From NCBI GenBank assembly GCA_964016885.1, contig OZ024742.1, positions 214,830,001 through 214,894,000 on the forward strand: a stretch of DNA of 64,000 nt, written 5' to 3'. Position numbers and translations under genes: made by a program. This DNA is from Eledone cirrhosa. Its lineage: Eukaryota. A model generated the notes under the pieces. That model searched no databases. It was given only the letters and a program-made list of their open reading frames with translations, and was not told the DNA's origin. Positions 53,410 through 64,000 of the stretch are shown in pieces (the stretch's first letter is position 1; each line of letters opens with the position of its first letter).

Positions 53410-53809
53410 GCTTAGAGTTTACACTCAATGGGGTCGTTTACAATCATTTCAGCTCTAAGAATCGCTTCTGAGCAGAATAAATTAATATTTGATGAACATT
53501 TACATGTTTTAGTTGCCATTGACTAATAAAATCGCCAGAATGAAATATCTTAATTCAACAACATAAAGTTTCCCATCCTTTGTGAAACATGTTTGAAGTT
53601 TGAAGTTCTGACCGATCTGCGGAAAAAGTTTGTATTTTGAATTTTAAACGTGTCTAGGTACCAAGGCTTTTTGCCCATATGAGTCTGTGAGTATTGATTT
53701 ATTATTTTTTAGATCGTACAGGCAAACTTTATGTTGTTGAATTAAGATATTTCATTCTAGCGATTTTATTAGTCAATTGCAACTAAAACATGTAAATGTT
53801 CATCAAATA

Positions 53810-53815
<6 letters not shown>
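53410..53815 (-). mobile_element. Foldback element with ~91-bp arms and a left tail, in (TA)n
   Basis: Arms 53481-53571 and 53724-53814. The tail 53410-53480 has ATTGAGTGT on the minus strand. Confidence 0.8.
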
Positions 53816-53872
<57 letters not shown>

Positions 53873-54866
53873 GTGCCTTAGAAAGAAAACGATGTTCCTG
53901 TCTACTAGCTGGAAAGAAATAGTTGCATCGATATTGGTGCTAAGCTGTAATGGCCTATAACTTTCCTTTAGCAAACATCTGTAGTGCGGAGAGGGGTGAC
54001 TGGCAATGAAAGAACTAAAGTTGAACTTTAAAAACGCGGTGCATAATGGACTTGTGCTTTAGCGAACAACTTTCCAGTTCAGTCATCATTTTATTATTTT
54101 ACTTGTTTCAGTATTTGGACTCTAGTCTTGCTATATTACAATATAAGGTATTGCCGATTATCTTTGATGATTCATCACAGATTATAATTACTGTGATATT
54201 ACTTGGTTCCCGAAAAGACATGACTATGCCTATGTAGCACCAAATAGGTAATAGCGTATCGAGGTTTTCAATCGCCCCCGATATCGAAGATTGCCAAACG
54301 AATAAAATTATAAAAGAAAGGAAAAGCTATTTTAACCCTGCTGGTGTACGACAAAGATTGTTAGATGACGAGAATCCCTTATTTGAAGTAGCGTAACAAA
54401 AGAGAATAATTTATAAATGCTTTCACTTTAAAGCCTTTTTAAAATAGAGACAAATCGAAAATTGCATGGTACTTAAATGAATCTTTTATCAATACATTTC
54501 GTAACAACATTGATTATCTGATTAAGAGAATAGGAGCCCCATAATTCACCTAAGTGGTGTTATCATTCAAAAGGAAAGCAATGTTTAATTACGTAAAATA
54601 ATATATTTACAACGTAACTGATAGAACTTTATTAGTATTCATGAATTTTCACTAAACTCTCGCCACGAGCCAGATTCTGTACAATCTTACTTTTCTGTTC
54701 GATCTTTCAATAATGCTAGCGTTTTCTTTTCCATCATGTTATCAGTAACATACATAATCTTTATGTAGTAAATAACTGCACGGAACAAAATCGTAGCGCG
54801 AAATAAGATACTCCTCATTATGCCTATGAATAATTTTCATGGTTTAATTATTATCTCTCTGTGTAA

Positions 54867-55297
54867 TTGGCAGTATCGGTAGAGGGTCGGACGCCATGCT
54901 TTGCTGCATAGATTTACGGCCATTTATGATCTGAGTTCAAATCCCGCCGAGGTTAACTTTGCCTTTCTTCCTTAGGGGATCGATGAAATAAAGTACCAGT
55001 CATGCACTGGAGTTGATTTAATCGACTTGCCTCTCCCCCCAAATTGCTGGCCTTGTGCCTGTATAAGAAACTATTATTTAGGGCAGTAGATTGGCCGTAT
55101 CGGTAGAGAGTCGGACACCATGCTTTTCAGCATAGAGTCTTTTACAGTCTGATTTCAAATACCACTGAGGTTAACATTGCCTTTTATTTTTACGGGGTCG
55201 ATAAAATAAAGCACCAGTCATATCCTGGGGTCGATTTAATCGACCTTGCCCTCCCCCAACTTACAGGCCTTGTGCCTATACTAGAAACCATAATTTT
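54867..55297 (+). mobile_element. Tandem dimer of tRNA-derived SINEs
   Basis: Two monomers (54867-55079 and 55080-55297) with A/B boxes, flanked by TCTCTCTGTGTAA at 54854-54866 and 55298-55310. Confidence 0.9.
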
Positions 55298-56178
55298 TCT
55301 CTCTGTGTAAATTGAATTGAGATCGAATTATCGTGGTAGTCGAAGGATACATACAAATCAGAATTGTTATTCAAGTGTGGACAATACATCATGTTTGAAA
55401 ACCTTTTACAATGTCTTCAATAATTTGAAATCCTACCTAACCTATTCGAAAAGAAACCCACAAAATCGTAGGAGCAGTGTCATACTACAGTTTAAGGACA
55501 AATATGTCTGTTAAAAATGTATTAAATATTTCATAAAAATGTACACTGGAAAAATGAAATCTGGTCCGAATAATTAAATATCCGGATGTTTTATTGCGGA
55601 ATTGGGAGTCGATAGGATTCTTATCTTTCCTACATATGACATTGTAATTTATATGCTGTCAATTGCTCTGATCATTTCGTTTATATAACTAATGATAAGA
55701 TAATTATCGTCATATATGGAATTAGGACTTTTTTGCTTCAAAATTTCAATACGGCAAAATTTATTTACTTTGTGATGAAAAGTTAACCATTCAAGTTTAC
55801 ATCCTATATTAACATAATTAATTGCCCCACAAGGTAATAGTATGTTCCAGCTTTTAATTGGTATCAGCCTGTTCGTTGACAGGTTTAATGAAATATTCCG
55901 AGAAAAAGTATGCTCTCACCCATATTATTTTCTTCCAGGCGTAAGTCATGAGTCAGAATTCGTGTTTATATAATTTAAAATACATTATATACATATATAT
56001 GATAAACACATACATAGACTTGCCTATATATATGAATATATATTAAAATAATTACAAGTGACATACAGACATATATACACCTATACGTATTTATGTGTGT
56101 TTATTTACAAGCGTTTATATAATTATATGTATACACACAGACACACACCCACACACAGACACACACACCCACCCACAG

Positions 56179-56235
<57 letters not shown>

Positions 56236-56890
56236 TTATGTGTATTTAGTGTATACGTTCGTATTTGTGCGGGTACATATCACTCGGGTTTATGTGTGCG
56301 CGTGTTTATATGTACGTGCATGTATATGCATGCATGGCGGGTTTTTTCGCGTATTCTTGTGTATGTACGTATATAGAGACGTGTATGTATATATTTAATT
56401 ATTAGTGATTTTAATAACCTCTGTCATTTCCGTTCTACTAATTTATTTACATTATTTTTAACTCTGAAGCTGAGTATCATTCGGTTTCCTAAATAGAATA
56501 TTTGTCTAACGACTCCATTCATACCATAAACGTTGTTTTGTCTTCGCGTGTAATTGTTTTTACTCGCTCCACATAACGGCGTATTATCTTCGCTTTTTTT
56601 CGGTCATTGCCAGGGAACGTCTTCACGAACCAAAGTATCGTCTTCCTGTTTTCCTGCGGTTGCAAGGTTTTTCGAAATATTTACTTCTGCGTTCACAGAT
56701 TGATTTTTTTAGTTCCAGAAGTTCCCGTTAAGGATGAAAGCAGCGATCCTTTGCTTAAACTTTAATCTGCTATTCTAATAAATATTTGCTATAGAGTTTT
56801 TATATATTTGATATATATTTATCATTATCGAACCCTCTTTGGATTTTAGTCTTCACATTTATTATTATTACTATACATATATATATATAC

Positions 56891-56964
<74 letters not shown>

Positions 56965-56984
56965 TTACAACATTGACATAAACG

Positions 56985-57981
56985 GCCATAAGTACCGGAA
57001 GATATTTAATCGCCATACAGTAAAAATAGTATACTCTTGCACCAACAATGTAAAAATCTATATCACCGGTAAACACAAAAGCCCTCCACTGTACGGATGC
57101 TCATGTAGAAGACATGATACATGTCCACTAGACAAACAGTGCAACACTCCGGCAGTTTTATACAAAGCAGAGTTTACCTCCACCAACCAGAACCACCAAA
57201 CTGACGCTTGGACCTACGTTAGGATGTCAGAGACCCGGTTTAAAAACCGGTTCCGGAATCACGAAACAACATTCAGATATGCTTAAAAAAACATACCACC
57301 CACGTCGCAAATCACGTGTGGGGCCTTACGAACAATGGTAAGCCTTTTTCCATCAAATGGCCTATTTTTGGAAAGATCTACCGCCTACATCAATGGGTCA
57401 AAATTTGTCGGCTTTGTAATTCCGAAAAATGGTGTATACCCCTCACAATTTGCTTCGGATAAGCACTGCCTCAATACACGACTCGATCGCTTTCGTGGCT
57501 GTCCCCATGTGAAGAAATATATTTTAGACAAATGGCTTAGGCCTGACTAACAGGTCCAGAAGTACCCTTCGATTTACTGACAATATTGTAATTCAGTGTA
57601 TTTGGATATTTGGAGTCAACTAGAAGAAATTATTGGACTTTTATTTTCATTCTAAATTGACTCTGGTCTCTCAAGAGATATCTCCCTTATAATCTTACCT
57701 TATTTTTTTTTAAATAACCACTTTTTATATACCTTTTTTTCCTAAACTACCTCCCCTTTGGTAAACTCTTTTGTTATGTCACGATAGGGAAAGCACAATC
57801 AACCATAGGAGCTCATCTTTGTTTTTATTTTTCTCATGACAGGCCGAATGAATTGGGGCCCAGAACCCAACGAAAGTTGAGTAATTGTTTATGTCAGTGT
57901 TGTAATCCTTATCCATACAAAATTCGTCCTATGGACTGTGTGCTTTTATTCTTGGATATTTCCATTTAACTTTTACTTCAG
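56985..57981 (+). mobile_element. PLE 3' relic: GIY-YIG endonuclease and 3' non-coding region, (TA)n-flanked
   Basis: CNTPAVLYKA, TYVRMSETRFKNRFRNHETTF, CRLCNSEK and LNTR..CPH. Confidence 0.8.
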
Positions 57982-58037
57982 TATATGTATATGCTGTATG
58001 TATATATATATATATATATATACAGTATATATATATG

Positions 58038-58095
<58 letters not shown>

Positions 58096-58099
<4 letters not shown>

Positions 58100-58561
58100 A
58101 AGAAAGACGCTTTTATTTGTACATACCTATTTATTTTGTTAATCGTACTTCAAAGATGTAAGGCAGTAGTATAACAATTGCCCTTCGTGTTCTCTTCTGA
58201 CAAAAATCCAAGCATGATGTATATATCCATTGATATGTTACCGGCCATATGTGTTATTACCTTCACCGACCAGTAAGGCATAAGCTTACTGTTCGGCCAA
58301 GGGTATAACACGAATGACCGGTAACATATCAATAGATAGATATTTACATCGTGTTTGGATTTTTGTCTGAAGAGAACACGTAGGGCAGTTGTTATACCCC
58401 TGCCTCACGGCTTTGAAATACGTATAATAAATATGTATGTACAAATGAATGTGTCTTTCTTGTGTATTATTATAATAAACCTCCGCATGAACTTGAAAAG
58501 TGAAGTGCTTTATATCTGTTAAGTAAAAGCCGGCCGATTTTCAATCAACCAACTTTCTTCA

Positions 58562-58566
<5 letters not shown>
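58096..58566 (+). mobile_element. Foldback PLE derivative with ~180-bp diverged arms and a right tail
   Basis: Palindrome centred near 58281. The tail 58466-58566 has GTGAAGTGCTTTATATCTGTTA. Confidence 0.85.
58361..58432 (+). ncRNA. Type I hammerhead ribozyme with extended stem II
   Basis: TTTGT-CTGAAGA-stem II (GGCAG/CTGCC)-GAAA-TACGTA-TA-ATAAA. The mirror copy has a mutated core. Confidence 0.72.
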
Positions 58567-58609
<43 letters not shown>

Positions 58610-58801
58610 TCAGAGCAAACAGCACGGACACTCTATCTCAAAATTATTTTTGAAAAGCATTTAGAAATGCGCAACCGGTAAAAACTTAAAAACTTAAAAC
58701 CACAACTGAATACTAACCCATACAATCACTAATACTCTTTTATTCCTAATTAAACCATTTTTCAACTGTGAACAATTTGTCAGCATTTTCTATTCCGTTT
58801 A

Positions 58802-58900
<99 letters not shown>

Positions 58901-59397
58901 GTATAGTATAGTTGATAATATATGTTTATTTAAAAACATTTTCAAGTAGTGACTACGTCTTATACTTAGTCTAGGCAAAAGAAAAGGGAAGTAATCGACG
59001 GTAGTACCGTTTCTCACATCTAAGTGGTTGTCAAGACTACATACCATTTCGCTTCTGCCGAGAATTATAGAAGCTGGATTCATATAGCATACCATAATTA
59101 GAAATTAGTATAGGTGCTCTGAAATAGCGATGTTTAAATGAATGTACGTATTATATATTTCATAATATACTGTATGTTCATATTAAAACATTTTGAAAAT
59201 GTCTAGTAAATTATTATTATTACTGTTATTATATATATATATATATATAGATTTTGAGTTTATGTTGGTTGTATACCAACACCTCAGTATGCAGGCTGGA
59301 GCACTCGACGAAGTGCGCAGGTTGGTTTGGTTACTCCGGAGTAGTGTAAAATAAAGTTAAATAAAAGTCAAATGATTAAAATTTAGCTTCGTTTATT

Positions 59398-59452
59398 ACT
59401 GCTATATATATTTCAGTGACAGCCATCTTTGGCTGTGACCTCTTCAGGCAGT
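59398..59452 (-). ncRNA. Type I minimal hammerhead ribozyme
   Basis: Reverse complement of 59660-59714. Confidence 0.9.
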
Positions 59453-59659
59453 TTGAATTAGTATGGTATAGACAAGTACATATGTTGTTTAGGTGTATGA
59501 TATTGTCAATACTCTGATATGCCCAGTTCCTTGTTGGGTTGTTAATTCACTGGGGAACTGGAGTCATTAACAACCCAACAAGGAACTGGGCATATCAGAG
59601 TATTGACAATATCATACACCTAAACAACATATGTACTTGTCTATACCATACTAATTCAA

Positions 59660-59714
59660 ACTGCCTGAAGAGGTCACAGCCAAAGATGGCTGTCACTGAA
59701 ATATATATAGCAGT
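59660..59714 (+). ncRNA. Type I minimal hammerhead ribozyme
   Basis: ACTGC-CTGAAGA-GGTCACAGCCAaagaTGGCTGTCACT-GAAA-TATATA-TA-GCAGT. Confidence 0.9.
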
Positions 59715-59754
59715 AATAAACGAAGCTAAATTTTAATCATTTGACTTTTATTTA

Positions 59755-59807
<53 letters not shown>

Positions 59808-60167
59808 GGGCGGGGGTATAATGACAGTAATAATAATAATTTATTAGGTAAATAAGAAAAAAAGGTAGAAAAATGTTAATAGGATTTTCTCATAGAATAA
59901 CATCAAAATATTTTTTTAAATGATTTATCGTACCTCTTGGTTCGGCCACTTCACGATACAGGAAATATAATAACATGTATGTAATAAAATGAAGGTGCAT
60001 ATTAATTAGAAGAGGGTATTAGAGAACATAGTTTAAATATATATAAAAGTTCAAATTTTCGTTTCTCTCCTCTCTCTCCTCCCTGGTGGTATGGTGGTAA
60101 TAGCAGCAGCTACATAACAGTTGGCTTGTTTCCTGTTACTGTCTGACTGGCTGTTGACTACAATTGC

Positions 60168-60191
60168 AGTAGTAGTAGTAGCAGTAGAGTG

Positions 60192-60289
<98 letters not shown>

Positions 60290-60308
60290 AAGAAGAAGAA
60301 GAAGAAGA
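60168..60308. repeat. Compound (GTA)n-(TAA)n-(GAA)n microsatellite
   Basis: Adjacent trinucleotide runs. Confidence 0.96.
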
Positions 60309-60309
60309 T

Positions 60310-60392
60310 GGCGGACCGTGTTGTCTCTTGAGGTCACTGGTTGTGACTTGGTGATAACTCGTATGAACATAAAGCAAGATAAATGCAACTGT
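60310..60392 (+). mobile_element. Extreme 3' stub of an R4/Dong-clade element
   Basis: TGAGGTCACTGGTTGTGACTTG resembles TGAGGCTGCAGGTAGTGGCTTG at the stop and 3' UTR of the next copy. Followed by (TAA)n. Confidence 0.55.
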
Positions 60393-60411
60393 AATAATAA
60401 TAATAATAATC

Positions 60412-61191
60412 AACAGACATGGAACTGGTTGAGAAGAGGAGACCTCAAAAAGGCTACAGAAGGAATGTTAATGGCTGCGCAGGAGCAGGCCCTCAAAACG
60501 AAGTGGTTGAAACACCATATTTACAAGGAGGAGGCTAGCCCTCTGTGCAGGATCTGTGGAGAGAGTGGGGATACTGTGGCTCACATTGTATCCGAGTGTA
60601 AACACCTAGCCCAGACCCACTATAAGGGCTGGAGACATGATGTGATGGGCAGGGTGATCCACTGGCACCTGTGCAAAGTAAACAATTTACCACATTCTGA
60701 GAAATGGTATGAGCATAGGCCGGAGGCGGTGATGGAGAACAATCAGGTGAAGGTGCTGTGGGATTTTAGGATACAGACGGACAAGAAACTGGAACACAAT
60801 AGACCTGACCTGGTAGTTGTGGACAAAGAAAAAAGATCGTGTCTGATTGTGGATGTGGCCTGCTCATTCGACACGAGAGTGCAAGAGAAGGAGAGGGAGA
60901 AAATTAACCGATAACAGGACTTAAAGTAGGAGGTAAAAAGGATTTGGAAATACCCATGAAGTCAAAGTGATCCCGATTGTCATAGGCGCACTGGGGACTA
61001 TCTCCAAAAGTTTCCAGGGATGGTTAAAAAAATCGGCCCCTTCACGCTTTTTGGAACGCTTCTAAAGGCATGCTTGCTGGGAACAGCAAGAACCCTCCGA
61101 TACGTCCTGAATATCTGAGGCTGCAGGTAGTGGCTTGATATTCATTTCAACGGACTTTCCAGTTAACCAACATCAATGACTGAGATTCAAG

Positions 61192-61192
<1 letters not shown>
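60412..61192 (+). mobile_element. 5'-truncated R4/Dong-clade retrotransposon (zinc finger plus restriction-like endonuclease)
   Basis: CRIC..TVAHIVSEC, RHD, VLWDF, RPDLVVVD..IVDVA and EKI. (TAA)n on both sides. Confidence 0.92.
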
Positions 61193-61265
<73 letters not shown>

Positions 61266-61294
61266 CCTCGTGACCATAATAATAATAATAATAA

Positions 61295-64000
61295 AACCCC
61301 GTGACCAAGAAATACCGGGATGGCGGCCGGCGGGGAATAGCCGTGTCTCTAGGGGAGAACGACCCCTCTAGTCTTGGTTGACACTCGTCCTAGAAGTGGT
61401 AACACGAAATGATTACCCCTTGGCGGATAAGGATAAAACGCGACAAAATAAAGTAAATGTCTAATGATAAAATCTCATACCGGATCGGCCGTCACCCGGG
61501 TCAAAAAGGGCCGCGTCCCTCAGAGAGGAACCAGACTGGGGTCGAAAAATCAGCTACTGGTTCAAACCTTCCCATCACTTCGGAGCTGGAGACCTCCCAT
61601 AACCGGAATACTCCTACTGTTGGCCCTCCATGCTCACCACCAAGAAATCCAAAGTAAAAGAGAGAAAAATGGTCAAGGGAAGATAATAAAGAAGTCCTTG
61701 AGGCTTTCTACACTGTCATGTACTACCCATCAAATACATCTAATACAGAACAGACATATATCAACTGGAAAAAGAAACATCCCGAAAACAGAGGCTATAT
61801 TGACAGTAACAAACTAGCCAATATACGAAGAAATATTGTAAAAAAAAAGTTACTAACTAATATAGAAATTGATCAGATCAAGCTATTAGCACAAAGTCAG
61901 CTAAGGGAACATGAAACATGTGTCAGTGAAAACGAGGTAAATTGTAACACTTCGAATCCCAGGGTTGGGGCGGAATCACTGACAACAGAACAAATTAAAG
62001 AAAGGATCGAAAAAGTGGAGGGAGTGCATGCTCAGGATGAAACTCAAAATGAAAACAATGAGATCGTAAATGATAAAGAAATGAATGAGAATGAACTTGC
62101 CAACTTGAAGGATGAAATTATGATCGAATGGATGAAAATGAAAGAATCTGACATGGGGGAACGAGACACCCTCCTAAGATCCAGAACTCCAAACAGAACC
62201 AAAAGATAATACACAAGACTAACATAATTCTCAAAAACATTATCATCACAAACAAAGTAAACATTACTGATCTAAATTATTATGCATCGGCTAAAGTCAC
62301 CACTCACTTATGTAGAGTGAAGATGAAAAAACAAAGGAATTCCCACAAAAAATCTACTTGGCAAGAGAACATCAATCGCCAAATAAACCTTCTCCGATCT
62401 GGCATAGAAATTTTAACAAACTATAAAGTAGGTGAACATGTTAAACAAACTAAACTTAGAAAATTGAAAAGAAAGTACAGTATAAAATCAACAAGTGACA
62501 TAGACATGCTGATAGAAATAATCAAACAAAAGTGTCGGCCAAAGCTGCTCGTATAAGGCGCTTTGAAAAACGATCTAGATTCTATAAGGACAATAATATG
62601 TTCAAAAACAACCAAAGAAACTTCTACAGAAAAATTGGTAAGTCAACAATAACTGCTAAATCAATACCACCCAAGGAGGAAGTGCAAGAATTCTGGGAAA
62701 AGATCTGGGCCGAAGAAAAAGCTCATAATGTAACATGCCCCATGGATAGACAGACAAATGAAAGATACTGTAGAGCTCACCTTGAGGAACAAATATGGGA
62801 AAATATAACAGCTGAACAGTTGCGTTTGGCTCTAAGAAAAACCAGCAAATGGAAATCCCCAGCAAAAGACAAAATACAAAATTTTTGGATAAATGCCTTC
62901 ACAGAGTCTCATGAGTTGTTAGCCCAACTTTACAATGAAATAGTTAAGGTGCCAGAAAAGATACCATCATGGCTAGTTAACGGCATTACATTCCTGCTTC
63001 CGAAGAATGATGAGACAAACAATCCCAAAAATTACAGACCGATAACTTGCTTGACCACAATGTATAAAATGTTAACATCAGTCCTAACTGAATATACATA
63101 TGACCACCTGATAACAAATGACCTATTTCCCATTGAGCAGAAAGGGTGTAAACGAGGCTCATACGGCTGTAAGGATCAGCTTTTGGTTAACAAAATAATA
63201 CTGGATGATTGTCATAATAGCCACAAAAATCTATCAATTGCTTGGATAGATTATAAAAAAGCATTCGATAGTCTGCCACACAGTTGGATTGAAAAATGTT
63301 TAGAGATATTCAAAATATCTCCCGTTGTCAGGAGGTTTTTGTCATTCAGTATGAAGACATGGAAAACGACACTCCTTTTGAATAGTGAAACAAAATCATT
63401 GGAAGCTGGAGAAGTTAATATTAATTGTGGAATTTTTCAGGGTGACTCTTTATCACCGCTTTTATTCTGCATCGCACTTATACCATTAAGTAAAATGCTC
63501 AATGAAACAAAACATGGATATAAAGTCTATGACAAAACCATTAATCACTTGTTCTACATGGATGACTTGAAACTATTTGCAAAAAATAATGAACAATTGC
63601 AAGGGCTATTATCCACTGTGGAGCAGTTCAGTGATGACATTAAAATGGAGTTTGAACTAGATAAATGCGCCAAGGCAACGTTCACCAGAGAAAAGCTGCT
63701 GAACAGTTCAGACATTAATCTTGATCGGGGGAATGTGATAAGTGAACTTGATCAAGAGGAATCTTACAAATATCTAGGTGTTTGTGAAGGAGATGGAATC
63801 AAGCACTCGACAATGAGAGAAAGGATAAGGAAGGAATGTTACCGCTGAGTAAGAGCAATCTTAAGAACGGAATTGAATGCAAGGAATAGGATCGATGCCA
63901 TAAACACGCTTGCCATACCAGTAGTAACCTACAGTTACAATGTCATCAACTGGTCAATCACAGAGATCCGTAGGCTCGATACAAAAATTCGAAAATTCTT
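61295..64000 (+). mobile_element. R4/Dong-clade retrotransposon with intact 5' end, running off the window; ORF frameshifted
   Basis: Starts after (TAA)n. RT motifs YRPITCL, EQKGC, WIDYKKAFDS, GIFQGDSLSPL, YMDDLKL and YKYLG in 62532-63848, with a premature TGA at 63846. Confidence 0.93.

Larger units (their letters stand above)
59250..59761 (-). mobile_element. Young foldback PLE derivative: apparently perfect ~196-bp arms, 19-nt spacer, ~100-nt tail
   Basis: Arms 59351-59546 and 59566-59761. The tail 59250-59350 has GTCGAGTGCT on the minus strand. (TA)n on both sides. Confidence 0.93.

Noticed and set aside
60189-60411. Poly-I/poly-R N-terminus of ORF 60189-60914
   Set aside because: Microsatellite read-through. 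The real coding part starts near 60412.

Overview
Eukaryotic, AT-rich, microsatellite-dense DNA made almost entirely of retroelements. The tRNA-derived SINE family suggests an octopod cephalopod (inference). I recognise no host gene exon. (1) 1.1-22.7 kb is an array of five L1-clade Tx1-type non-LTR retrotransposons. Three are stacked head-to-tail in (GATA)n tracts, and one is flipped, so that copies C and D form a ~10 kb inverted repeat. (2) 24-60 kb holds many Penelope-like element (PLE) relics in (TA)n tracts. These include at least 11 minimal hammerhead ribozymes with intact cores and a recurring architecture, (TA)n - inverted arm - arm - unpaired 50-100 nt tail - (TA)n, at sizes from ~110 bp to 3.4 kb. 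A GT(T/C)GAGT(G/A)CT-like tail motif is shared by families that otherwise do not align. (3) 60.3-64 kb holds three R4/Dong-clade RLE retrotransposons stacked in (TAA)n. There are also SINEs, a mariner relic and simple repeats. Coordinates were read by eye and boundaries are approximate to a few bases. Most short ORFs in the track are microsatellite or antisense artefacts.
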